From Mobula hypostoma (taxonomy: Eukaryota): DNA of 64,000 nucleotides. Shown piece after piece: positions 13,015-25,315 of this stretch. The position numbers and the translations under genes are program-made. Positions within the stretch are counted from its first letter, which is position 1; each line of letters opens with the position of its first letter. The stretch lies in the NCBI RefSeq assembly GCF_963921235.1, contig NC_086109.1, positions 17,052,001-17,116,000 on the forward strand, written 5' to 3'. The notes beneath the pieces are model-generated. The model made no database searches and was not told where the DNA came from. It was given only the letters and a program-made list of their open reading frames with translations.

Positions 13015-13753
13015 TACACTCATTGGCCACTTTATTAGCTACACCTGCTTACTACTACAAATATCTTACCAGCCAACCTAATACATAAAAGCATGCAGAC
13101 ATGATCAAAGGGTTCAGTTCTTGTTCAGAGAAAACATCAGAATGGGGAAGAAATGTAATCTAAGTGACTTTGATTATTGAATAGTTTTTGTTGACAGACG
13201 GGATGGTTTAAGCATCTCAGAAACAGTTGATCTCTTGGGATTTTCATGCACAGCAGTCTCAGTCTAGAGGTTACAGAGAATGGGGCGAAAAACAAAAAAA
13301 AAATATTCAGTGAGCAACACACACAAAATGCTGGAGGAACTCAGCAGGCCAGGCAGCATCTATGGAAAAAAAGTACAGCCGACGTTTGAAACATAGAGTG
13401 TACTTTTTTCTATAGATGCTGCCTGGCCTGCAAGTTCCTCCAGCATTTTTGTGTGTTGCTCAGATTTCCAGCATCTGCAGACCTTCTCTTGTTTGTGAAC
13501 GTACAGTGAGAAGCGGTTCTGTGGGTGAAAACATCAGGTTAATGAGTGAGTTCAGAGGAGAATGGCCAGGCTGATTCAAGCCAATATGAAGGAGACAGTA
13601 GTTCAAAGAACCTTGTGTTACAACAGTGGTGTGCAGAAAAGCATCTCTAAACGCACAACACATCAAACCTTGAAGTGGATGGGCTACAGCAGCAGATGAC
13701 CATGAACATACACTCAGTGGCCACTTAATTAGGTACAAGGCATACTGAGTCTA
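13015..13753 (+). mobile_element. Non-autonomous Tc1-like element interrupted by a Penelope-derived palindrome
   Basis: Terminus acactcattggccactttattag, repeated at 13710; transposase N-terminal remnant (MGKKCNLSDFD). Confidence 0.7.
13315..13503. mobile_element. Penelope-derived palindromic element with the central hammerhead deleted
   Basis: Inverted arms aacacacacaaaatgctggaggaact.../...agttcctccagcatttttgtgtgtt; cagtgag repeated on both flanks. Confidence 0.75.
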
Positions 13754-13867
13754 AGTACATCCACTTGATGAAAGTTACAGTAACATGAAGCACAGGAAGC
13801 ATTTGATGGGAGTGGAAGCAAATTATACATTTGTTTTTATTGCAAGATGATTGAATAATAATTACAA

Positions 13868-14166
13868 TAGGCATCCGTTAGTCTCATGAGACCATGGATT
13901 TGCGCCTTGAAAGGTTTCCAGGGCGCGGGCCTGGGCAAGGTTGTATGAAAGACTAGCAGTTACCCATGCTGCAAGTCTCCCGTCACCACGCCACCGATGT
14001 CGTCCAAGGGAAGAGCATTAGGATCCATACAGCTTGGCACCAGTGTCATTGCAAAGCAATGAATTAAGTGCCTTGCTCAAGGACACACACGCTACTTCAG
14101 CCAAGGCTCGAACTAGCGACCTTCAAATCACTAGATGAACGCCTTAACCACTTGGCCACGCGCCAA
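13868..14166 (-). mobile_element. tRNA-derived SINE, same family as 57457-57760
   Basis: Reverse complement starts ggcgcgtggccaagtggttaagg...gttcgagcc (Pol III A and B boxes). Confidence 0.85.
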
Positions 14167-14809
14167 GATAATTGAATACAAGAGCATAGAGACCCTACAC
14201 TAATTATATAGGACCCTGGTGTGACCGCGTAAGGAATACTGTGCAAGATCTCATTTCCCTACCTACAAGAGAGAGATTCAGCAGGCTGATTCCTGGGATG
14301 AGAGGTCTCTAATAAGACAAGAGATAGCAGACCAGATCTATACTCCCTTTAGATTGAAGAACAAGAGGTCAGACTCAAACAGCATGAAAACCTTCCTACC
14401 CATTAAATCTGCGTTGACCATTAGGCACAATGTTGTTTTGCAGGAATCCAATCCCAGCCAACTTCAGATTCCACCACTCACCTGTACAGTACTACACAAT
14501 TTACAACCACCCATTTACCTACCGACTCTACATCTTTGGGATGTGGAAGAAAACAAGGCATCCGGGGGAACCCACTTAATCTCAGTTACATGGCCAAAAC
14601 TCTATACAGACAGTGCCAGAGATCAGAGTCAAACCCCCTTCTCATTTGACAGTGGATGTGCAGTTTAATGATAGATACAGAGGTATAGATACAGAGGTAA
14701 AGATCAGCCAGGATTTTAAGGAATGCAGGAAAACTTTTTTTTTATGTCATCGTAATTTCCTGCCAATACAGTTTTAACAAATGTGTTTAAAACAGACCCA
14801 ACTCCACAT

Positions 14810-17800
14810 TTAAAACCAGATTACTGTTTATTATTTACAGGAATAAAAAAAAGTATGCACATTTGCTGAAACTATTCTTCTACATGTTCTGTACAGTGGT
14901 ATTGGTTACCAAAATATCACATTGCCCGAGTCACTCAAGTCCTCCACGCAAAAATTATCAGCCTGTTCAATATGAATGCAGCAGAGGTCCAAGCAGGCAT
15001 TATTCTATCAACACTAAAAAGGATAATTATAAAATAATCCGACCCAAATGGAAGCGGTGGTACAACAACAACTGCTTTGAATAAAACCCGTGACTGTAAG
15101 GTTTAAATGAAGAAGCCATTTCTAACTAGCACAGAGGGGCTCACTGCAGCATCGGGATATGGCACATAGAGGAAAGTGAAGCAGTCCAGCTCTGAACCGA
15201 TGGTGCCAGTGGACAAATTTAGAACTGCTGCCCGTTCACTGAAGAACTAATCCAAAAGATCACAACAGAACAGAGCTTACACCTAAGACACCCACTATTC
15301 CAGATTTTGGTCTACATAAGAGTGTAAGGACTTATTCTTTCCCTACACCACCATCTAACTGATTAACCAAAATCCCCAATCTTTTAGGTCAATTCAGTAG
15401 GAGTGTTCAAGATCATTGTTTTGCAAAAGAAGTAAAAGTTACAAAGTATATAACTGGACTGCAGTATTGAAATAACATGCCCACTGCTAAGTGGGAGGAA
15501 AATTAAACAGAGGTCGACCTTCACTAATCCGACTACCTGTAATCCGGTTCCTTCAATAATCTGGCACTGATTATGCTTAATGTGATTCTTCTGTAATTCA
15601 GCATTTTCACTAATCCGGCACTCCTCAGGTCCCAATGGTGCCGGATTAGTGAAGGTCGACCTGTAGTCTCAATCCAAGACCATTCTTCTGGCCAAACCTT
15701 CAGCTATCATTAAAGTGAAGATAATCATGCTTGCAAAGGTAAGGATTGTGAAAAATTACGACGGGATATGGAGAAACAGACTGGTGTGAATGTAACATTG
15801 AATGGAGACTTGTTTTGAGCATAAACACCAGCATGTGTTCAGAAAGGATGTATATTTAAACTCAGTTTTTTTTTATTTGTTAAATTTTATTTCATTTCTC
15901 TCTCTGGTCCACGGTATTCATGACAGATGAGGGCGCCAGAAATGGAACACCTTTCTATCACAAGCGATCACTCAGAGAAGTGGAAGATGGAAGTTATTGA
16001 AATGGCATCATAGAGCTAAGCTATTAAATGGAGGGAATCACAGAGTCACAGTTCAATTCTTGGCTGCAGTGTTGTGGACAACTGGAGAATGCAGATACTG
16101 AAAACCTGGGAAAAATCATACTTTCACGCAGGTTTTTATACCAAGGGATTCCAAAGATGCAATCTGGGGCACACTGTATTCGGCAATGTCATCTGTGCAC
16201 ATGATTTATATTGAACAGATAAGATCAGGCTCAGACTCAAAAATAAACAATTATTAAATAACATACTAGTGTGGCCAAAAGGAAAGACCAGAGCAGGTAA
16301 CATGGGAGGGGTAAAGAGGAATGATTCAGGGATGTGGCATGCACAGGATCTATACATTTTTTGTGGATGGAGTGGGGCAAAGGAGGAATATTACACATAT
16401 AAACACTTGCAGGCTATTCACTTGCTGTGACACGTGACTCTGAGAAGTTGCCCCAATTTTTAATTTTAGATATATATATGTCATAGGATTGTTCAACCAT
16501 AAGCAAACCAACAGTTAACCATTCCTGCATTTGCAAGGCTGAACAACTGATAAAGTGTGGGGTCTAATCTAGGAGAATGAATTCGAAGAATTAACCTTTT
16601 CTTCTTGGACATGAAATCAAAACCAAATCACGGCTAGCCTATTTTATCCAGATTCTTTGTATCTGTTTCTGGTGAGCTTTCACTGTTCACTACACCATGT
16701 TGAAAAATAGAGCACATTGTGAGAGGTAAAGAAAGGCCTCTTGATATCCAAGGTGAGGGTATCAACTTTCAGCTTTCTGGGATCCTAAAGGCGAGAGCAA
16801 GACATGCCTTCTGGGAGGCTGGTGTAGTATCTCACTACCTTGGGTCTACTGGACAATTACATATATTAGAAGTAGCAGAACAAGTTTAATCTTCACTACT
16901 TGTAAATCAGCTAGTCTCCTGCCACAGTACACAGAAAATTTTTAAAAACAGGTTCCAGAGATTCCCAGTGAGGAATAGGGGGGCATTTTGAAAGTGTCTG
17001 GTTAGATTCAGCCTGCCTGTGTTTTGGGTAGGACCAAATCTGGTACAAGCAGCAGAGACACCACACACCTGCTACGTGGATGATTTAGGCTTCCAGAGAA
17101 CATGGAGGCATCATGAACTCTGAAATGACAATATTCACTTCCACTACAGTTCAATGAGGTGTCAGTCACTAGTCTGAAACAGTATTATCAACCCAGCCCG
17201 AGGACAAAGAACAAAATTTATCACATTTAGCGTTTCATCACCAGCTGGTTAGCAGAACAAAAGAGTAGAAATATAAACAGCAAGGCATCCAGAAGTTACT
17301 ACAGATTAGTTATTTTTTTCTTTTTTAAAAAAAGAGACAGACAAACAGAGACAGAGAAAAAAATATTCATCAGACTGTATGGGTCTAAACCGTGCACCAG
17401 ACTGGTCAGTGTTCAAGCAGACAATCTTCCAGAATCTAAAAGAATTACTCATAGAAAACTCTTCAAATGCACAAGGGTAAAGAAACTCCCCCCATCCCAA
17501 AAAAATGATGCACTTGCTGAACCTTGTACACATCTCTGATGTAAGTGCCCTCTGTTATGGTAGAATGTGAAATGCAACACTACTCCATGACATTTGAAGA
17601 CAGAAGCTTGGCATTCCCAGTGAATTGCTCAAGATGTCCAGTTGATCGACTTTCCAAGGCCCACGGTTCTTCAGGAGGATGGAAGGGAAATCTTCTCCTG
17701 ATTTGTGAAGGTCACTTTGGGCTTTGGTGTGCACACTGACCAATAGTCACCCTCTTTCTGGATACTGCATCACACCTACTAAAGTACGAAGGCCGCAGGG

Positions 17801-17824
17801 ATGAAGAAGCATCTTTTCCTATCT
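14810..17824 (-). other. RBBP5: Putative RBBP5 3'UTR with AATAAA at 14827-14832
   Basis: Repeat-poor AU-rich stretch after the stop, ending at a minus-strand AATAAA just before repeat-rich DNA resumes. Confidence 0.55.
15511..15662. mobile_element. MITE (Tc1/mariner-pogo type) in the putative RBBP5 3'UTR
   Basis: Perfect 21-bp inverted termini aggtcgaccttcactaatccg / cggattagtgaaggtcgacct. Confidence 0.8.
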
Positions 17825-17853
17825 TCACAGCAGGTCGGAAATGACGGCTCCTC
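17825..17853 (-). CDS. RBBP5: RBBP5 final coding exon (GGAVISDLL*)
   Basis: ttttcag|GAGGAGCCGTCATTTCCGACCTGCTGTGA; resembles the human C-terminus GGAISELL; all exons sum to 1614 nt in frame. Confidence 0.9.
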
Positions 17854-19139
17854 CTGAAAATCCAAAAAACACAAATGAAAAGACACAAGACCATAACACT
17901 GCTCATGTGCCATCTGGTTCTGTATTACTCAACAAGGAATGGGTCTAAAACTGGGAGAAATGCAGATGGAATGGATACTGATACAGAAAAGTGTTTTTTG
18001 CATTCACAATAACTTGTGTACTTTATCAAATTTAACATCGCACTTCAATGACTCTTCAGTTAATTGAAACTCCCTGGCAAATATAGTCCAGCTCTTTGAT
18101 ATTCTGAAGGCACATTCCAATAACAGATTTGAAACAGATAAGGAATTGCCATCAGAGATTCCAAATCAACTTTCATTTTCACTGAACTTACATTTAAGTT
18201 GCAAAAATACAAGACTTTGATCTCGGGATGATAATCCATAACATTGAAAACCTTGTGCCTAAACAAACAAGTAGTAGTGGTTTTTGCTTTAAAAAATGGA
18301 AATTTAAAAAAAACATTTATAATGGAGTTCCAGTCAAAAGATTTACATTTGTCACAAACTCACTGCCTATTACCAAAACCGCACACTGCTTGTACCATCT
18401 GTTCTCTAAGAGACCACAACATTGTTGCGGAAGATCCTTTAACTGGAAAATACATCATTTTAACATTCTTGCAGTCACTGGGGGGCATCAGACCGCAAAA
18501 CTAACTTCATTATAAAATAATTACAGTCAAGCAAGCTTTTAATTTTCACTTCTTTAATTATCCATCTAATCAAAATAAAATCATAGTCCTTCCATTGGGA
18601 AACATATTCCGTGGTCTTCATTGCTCCAAGAGGAAGCCTATGCAATATGATGATTACACAGGCTGCAGTTTAACATTAGTTAAAAGATCATTAGGCCACT
18701 CAGACCATTTTGCCTGGAGTTCAGAAGGATGAGAATATAATGTCTCTTAAGAGACATGACAAGGTAAGCACTGAAGAAATGCTTTCCCTGGCTGGAGCCT
18801 CTAGTACCTGGGCTCACGAGCTCAAAACAAGGAGGCAGACATTCAGAACTGAGAGGGGCAGAAATTCCTTTTCCCAGAAATTAGAAGACTTTTGTAATCC
18901 TTTACCCAGGAGGATTGTGGAGTCTTATCCTGAATATATGTATAATCCATTCATCTGCAATTTTTTTTTTTTAGAAATTGCAGGATAATAGCAAAGCTGT
19001 ACAGAGATTTATAAAAACAGCTATAATCTTAGCAAATGGTGGGGGCTGGGTCAAGTGGTCTACTCCAGCTTCTATTTATTGCATTATTTATTTTCATTAC
19101 TTACTTTGTTAAACTTGCATCCATTTTATTCATGCACTT

Positions 19140-19645
19140 AGAATACTACAGCAGAGGAAGAATCTTCGGCCCATCTAGTTTGTGGCAAATTATTGTTCTG
19201 CCTAGTCCCATTGACCTGCACTTGGACCATAGCCCTCCTTATCTCTCTCCATTGCCCACATTTCTCATAAATGTTGAAACTGAATGCACATTCACTGCGT
19301 CTGTTGGCAGCTCATTCCACACTCTCACCACCCTCTGAGTGAAGAAGTTCCTCCTCATGTCTCCCTTAAACATTTCACCTTTCACCCTTAACCCATGACC
19401 TCTAGTTCTAGCCTCACTCAATCTCAAAGGAAAAAGCCTGCTTGCATTTACCCTATCTATATCCCTCATAATTTTGTATATTTCGATCAAATGTCCTCTC
19501 ATTCTCCCACACTCCATGAAATAAGTTCCTAACTTACTCAACCATTCCTTGTAACTCAGATCCTCAAGTACCAGTAAAATCCTCGCAAACTTTCTTTGCA
19601 CTATTTCAATCTTATTGATGTCATTCCTGTTGGTAGGTGACCAGA
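19140..19645 (-). mobile_element. CR1 LINE 3' fragment
   Basis: ORF 19239..19601: RTRGH...RRNFFTQRVVRVWNELP. Confidence 0.85.
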
Positions 19646-20929
19646 ATCAAAAAACCAGTAACCTGAATTTTCATGCAACTTGCCTCTCAGATGCCTCTAT
19701 TCTATGGAAACATTAACACAAATAACCCCTACCATCAGACAAGTGGTCCTTGCATTGTGTCCAACACAGCACCTTTGCCTGTTAGCATGCAGGAAACAGC
19801 ATTTTAAATATTATCAGTGTCTCCACTGCCTTGTATTCTATTATTCAGGTTAAATGATTCAGCGATCTGTATGTTTTATTGATTTCAGTTCTTCCCAGTT
19901 TAAAATATCCCACACTGCCACGACTCACGTTAACATTTTAGACCACGGCTCATCAGTATTGAGTGGAAGTACCCCACAAATGTTAAAAAGAGTTTTCTTT
20001 ATGCAAAGAGGAAAAATGAGTTAATGATAGGCAAGCCAATCCATTATACTACAGAAGTATAGAGTAGCACAGGAAGGAACCTTTCTGCCCTACATTCTGC
20101 ATTGGCTCTTTGGTACAGCCATTGAGCTAATGCCAGTCATGTAACCCCATATTTGTTTTTCCAGGTTTCCTTTGATTACTATATCCTACGTCTCTGCTAG
20201 AAATGCGTCCCAAACAAGCAAGCTTTCTTTCATGTCACCTGTTTCCAAATATCTTAAATCTGTGCCTTCTGATTAGTTTCCAATGGATTGAACAATATTG
20301 AATGTTGAGTTGAACGAGGTGTAGTGGATATTAATGTTTTTTTTCTTTCCTCCAATATGAGATTCCATTAGAACCTAATGTACTGTGAGCTCACCTGTGG
20401 GGCATGTATAATGTAAATGGGTGGGAGAAATAAGAATGCATCATTAAATGAGGTAGGGCAGCAAATAACAGAGAGCATAAAGAATAACTCTTCCTTATTG
20501 TGAGTGGAACAATGCCAAAAGATTTAAGGTAACTGGTAAAAAGAATCAGAGGCAAATGCATACTGTATATTCTGCTCTTTTTTAATGCATCAAGATATTG
20601 TGATTTTAAAGGCATTGCATCTGAAACAGTTGTGGAAACAACTTTAATAGTAACTTTCAAAAGGGTATTTGATAAATATATGAAGAGAAAAAAATTCAAT
20701 GTGATGGTGAGTTTGCAAAGATGCAATATCAGAATCAGTTCGTAAAACTTGCTATGCAGCAGCAGTACAGTACAATATTTAAAATATAAAAATGAATAAG
20801 TACTGCCTAATATGATTCAACATGGAATAGCTGAGTTGAATAGACTGCATATGTTTTGTGAGAAGCTGGATGAACACATAAAGACAGTTAAAGGAGAAGG
20901 CATGGTTTCCTTAAGGAAAAACCTTTTTT

Positions 20930-21910
20930 TGGGATGTATCTATCCTGAACTTTCCAAACTGCTCCCAGAAATTCCAGTCATTACTTCTCTGCCGTCATCC
21001 TGCTAGCGTCCTCTTCCAATCAACTTTAGCCAGCTCCTCACTCAGGCCAGTGTAATTCCCTTTACTCCACTGTAACACTGATACATCTGACTTTAGCTTC
21101 TCTCTCTCCAATTGCAGGGTGAATTCAATCATGTTATAATCACGGTCAGTTTCTGTCTGTCTGTCTCTTGTTTTACGGCGGTTGGCATCCAGCTTAATGG
21201 TGCATTACCACCACCCTCTGCTCCAGAATGTGCACTAGACATACATTCTAAATCCCTTCACCCAATCACACACACACACACACACACACACAAACCTACA
21301 CTTCACCCTCCCATCTTTGACCATCCTAGTATCCTATTCCTGTTTATTCGTCATATTCTATAAAAAACCCCTGTACCCCTTAAAAATGCTAAAAATACCC
21401 GGACTTGTGCTCTCTCACCCATGCCCAGCAACCCTTTTAATGTAAATTCCTGCATCCCCAACTCCCTTAATTTATTTCTCATCATCTCTCTCTGTATCCC
21501 ATACTTCCTGCAACTCAGAATCACGGTCAGTTAAGGGCTCCTTTACTTTAAGTGCTCTAATCAATTGCGGTTCATTGCTCAACTCTCAATCCAGAACAGC
21601 TGATGCCTTAACTGACTCTAAAAAGCCATCATGTAGGCATTCTACAAATTCCCCCTTTTTGGGATCCAGCACCAACCTGATTTTCCCAATTTACCGGCAT
21701 ACTGAAATCTCCCTTGACTATCATATCACTTTTGACGTGCCTTTTCTATCTCCTGTTGCAATTTGTAGCCCACATCTTTGCGACTGTTCAGAGGCCTGTA
21801 TACAACTCCAATCAGGGTCTTTTTACACTTGGAGCTTCCTAGCTTTACCCACATGGATTCCACATCTTCCAACACTATAACACCTCTTTCTAAGGATTTA
21901 ATATCCTTTT
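20930..21910 (-). mobile_element. Decayed CR1 endonuclease/linker fragment interrupted by a Nimb insertion
   Basis: Reverse complement corresponds to the upstream part of CR1 ORF2 (DHNMIEF-like motif at 21120-21145). Confidence 0.65.
21152..21518 (-). mobile_element. Nimb/I-group LINE 3' end with 14-bp TSD
   Basis: ORF end LSCRKYGIQREMM...FLRGTGVFYRI*; 3' motif ggtggtaatgcaccattaagctggatgccaaccgccgtaaa; TSD aatcacggtcagtt at 21138-21151 and 21519-21532. Confidence 0.75.
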
Positions 21911-21926
21911 TTTTATAAAAAAAAAG

Positions 21927-23442
21927 AGGTGGCTGAAGAGATTATGGAGGCATTAGTAATGGTCTTTCAAGAATCAATTGATTCTGGCATGGTTCCAGAG
22001 GACTGGAGAATTGCAAATGTCACACCACTCTTCAAGAAGGGAGAAGGGCAGAATAGAAATTATAGACCAGTTAGTCTGATCTCAGTGGTTGGGAAGATGT
22101 TGGAGTCAATTGTTAAGGATGCGGTTTTACGGTACCTAGAGGTACATGATAAAGATAGGCAGAAGTCAGCATGGTTTCCTCAAGGGGAAACCTTGACCGA
22201 CAAATCTGTTGGAATTCTTTGAAGAAATAAGCAGGGTAGACAAAGAAGAATTTGTGGATGTTGTATGCTTGGATTTTCAGAAAGCCTTTGACAAGGTGCT
22301 TCACATGAGGCTGCTTAACAAGCTAAGAGCCCATGGTTTTAAAGGAAAGATACAAGCAAGAAGCATGGATTGAGCATTGGCTGACTGGTAGGAGGCAAAG
22401 AGTGAGAATAAGAGAGCCTTTTCTTGTTAGCTGTCAGTGACTACTGGTGTTCCACAGGGGTCTGTGCTGGGATCGCTTCTTTTTACATTATAGGTCAATG
22501 ATTTTGATGACAGAATTGATGGCTTTGTAGCCAAATTTATGGACAATACGAAGGCAGGAGGAGAGGCAGGTAGTGTTGAGGAAGCAAGGAGGCTGCAAAA
22601 GGACTTAAGACAGATTAGGAGAATGAGCAAAGAAGTGGCAGATGGAAAACAGTATCGGGAAGTGTATGGTCATGCACTTTGGTAGAAGAAATAAAAGCGC
22701 AGACTATTTTCTAAATGGAGAGAAAGTTCAAAAGTCTGAGGTGCAGAGGGACTAATGCGGGATTCCCTAATGATTAATTTGCAGATTGAGTCAGTGTTGA
22801 GGAAGACAAATGCAATGTTAGCATTCATTTTGAAGACTGGAATATAAAAGCAAGGATGCAATGTTGAGGCTTTATAAAGCACTGGTGAGGCCTCACTTGG
22901 AGTATTGTGAGCAGGTTTATGGGCCCCTTATCTTAGAAAGGATGTGCTGACATTGGAGGGGGTTCAGAGGAGGTTCATGAGAATGATTCAGAAATTAAAG
23001 GATTACTCCCGAGGACCAGTTGATGGCTCTGGGCTTGTACTCACTGGAATTCAGAAGAATGAGGGGTGACCTCACTGAAACCTATCAAATGTTGAAAGGC
23101 CTCGATATTCGAGTGTATGTGGAGAGGATGTTTCCTATGGAGGGGAAGTCTAAGACCAGAGAACACAGCTTCAGAATAGAGGGGTGTCCTTTTAGAACAG
23201 AGATGAGGAAAAAATCTCTTTAGCCAGAAATTGGTGAATCTGTGGAATTTGTGCCAAAGGCAACTGTGGTTGATTTAATGCAGAGGTTGATAGAATCTTG
23301 ATTAGTCAGGACATAAAGGGTTATGGGGAAAACGCAGGGCAGTGAGGCTGAGGAGAAAATGCATCAGCCATGATGAAATGGCAGAATTGACTCGATGGGC
23401 CAAATGGCCTAAATCTGCTGCTATATTTTATGGTTTTATGTG
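21927..23442 (+). mobile_element. Decayed CR1 LINE (RT through 3'UTR)
   Basis: VPEDWRIANVTPLFKKG, YRPVSL; several frameshifts; CR1 tail. Confidence 0.9.
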
Positions 23443-23678
23443 ATACAATTGGATGAAGAGAAATGGGAGGAGTGCTCTATGGAGTATATACATTAGCAAA
23501 CCAGTTGGACAGAGCATCCCTGGTAATGTATTGTAAATTCTATGCAAATCCATGCAATCAGATAGCTAACCCTCCCCCACAAAGAAGCAAGAGCAGGAAC
23601 CAGAGGAAATGAAGAAAAGAGGGAAGGGGAAAGCACAGGTACCAGGCAAGCTGCAGGAGCTCCCACCGTGGTCCTTAC

Positions 23679-23867
23679 CTGCGGGTGGCTCGGCCACTTC
23701 CGCCAGCTCCTTGCCCTTCACTGCTCCTTCCAAAGGTTGACCTCTGTCCCCTTTGAAGGCTTTCGACTTAATGAAATCTTTCTCTTTACCTTTCGTTCCT
23801 TTTGGTCTGCCCGCTTGTTTTTTCTTCGACTTGCCATCACCCTTCACACCCAGCAATGGGTGAACTT
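23679..23867 (-). CDS. RBBP5: RBBP5 coding exon 14 (EVHPLLGVKGDGKSKKKQAGRPKG...EPPA)
   Basis: 189 nt, ttgcag|AA...G|gtaagg; inside ORF 23566..23880. Confidence 0.93.
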
Positions 23868-24834
23868 CTGCAAGAGACAACCAAGGTCCCAGTTACTTTA
23901 GCCTTAGAAGCAGCTGGTTCAACATCAGCAGAAAAGTTGGAAAGAGGCATAAGCAAACCAGTGGGCAGACCCAAAACTCAGTACCTCTTGGGAGTATCAT
24001 AATTCCACTGTTCTTATCATATCAATGATAAGAACAGTGGAATATTCACAAGGAAGGAAATAAATGTTGTCGTGAGACTAAAACTGTATGTTAATATATT
24101 ATACTCATTAATATATAGTAATATACATATTAACATATTATAATAGATAAATATAATTCTACAACACAGAAAGCCATTATATCTGTAATTTGAACAAGTA
24201 ATCATACTACGTACTATGTTCTTTACCCAGATCTCCACTTTATTTCCTTTTCAAGTAATACCCAATTACCTTTAGAAAGTGGTTACTGAATCTGCTTCCA
24301 CCATCCTTCTGAGCTGTGTAAATACTATTAAGAGTCAAAATAATCAGTTCGACTTAAGACTTCAGTCAATTAATATAATGCCGGAAGAGGCATTTTGCTG
24401 TTAAAGTCAATTCCTTGTTTCAGGCAAATTAGTTCTACAACTGAAGAACCACAATACGAATCAATACCTCCAATGCCTTAGATAAGAAGGGGTGTAATGA
24501 TACTCAGCCAGTGCTCCCACTTGTGATTACTAACCAATAATTGAAAAGCTCTTTGGACTTATCAAGAATGCTGGAGTTAGGAGAGGATCAGATTCGGATA
24601 CAATTTTTTTTAATTACACATCAACATGAAGAACTCTGATGAGGCATTTGAGTACAATCAAGAGCACAATCATTCAATCATAGTACCTCTTACATCCTCC
24701 CAACATTCTAAGGATCTTCACAGGCAAATTTTAAATGATGCCTTCATTGACTAAGCATTTGAACAAAGCAGCAGAGAGAGCAACAGGGAAAACTGCTGAT
24801 AACTGGTCTGATAAAGAATGAGTAAATCGATTAC

Positions 24835-24958
24835 CATCAGATGGTACTCCTTGCAGTTCAATATTAGTCATCTTAGGTTTCTTCTTGAGTGGTTGTGATC
24901 CATCAGTTGATGCCTGCCTTTTTTTCTCTGGGTTGTTCAGGTCATCAGTTCCAGGGTT
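24835..24958 (-). CDS. RBBP5: RBBP5 coding exon 13 (NPGTDDLNNPEKKRQ...QGVPSD)
   Basis: 124 nt, ttggcag|AAC...G|gtaatc; inside ORF 24731..25000. Confidence 0.93.
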
Positions 24959-24975
24959 CTGCCAAGATATTAGAA

Positions 24976-25315
24976 AGGAAGGCAAATGCAAAGTTAGCAT
25001 TCATTTCAAACAAACTAGAATTTAAAAGCAAGGATATAATGGCTGAGGTTTATAAGGCATTGGTCCTGGTAAAGAAAGGATTAATATGTGAGGACTGTTT
25101 GATGTCTCTGCCCCTGTATTCACTGGAGTTTAACTGGGGGGGGGGGGGTCATTGAAACCTGATTATTAAAAGACCTAGATAGTGTGGACGTGGTGAGGAA
25201 TTTTCCAATCGTGGGAAAGTCTTGGAACAGAGGACATAGTCTCAGAATACAAGGACGGCTCTTTAGAATAGACATGAGAAGGAATTTGTTGAGCCAAAGG
25301 GTGGTGAATTTATGT
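24976..25315 (+). mobile_element. CR1 fragment abutting the RBBP5 exon 13 acceptor
   Basis: aggaaggcaaatgcaaagttagcattcatttc matches the CR1 copies at 22800 and 43634. Confidence 0.8.

Noticed and set aside
23566..23678. Extended RBBP5 C-terminus by read-through of exon 14
   Set aside because: A strong donor (G|gtaagg) and a conserved terminal exon at 17853 explain the gene; no support for intron retention
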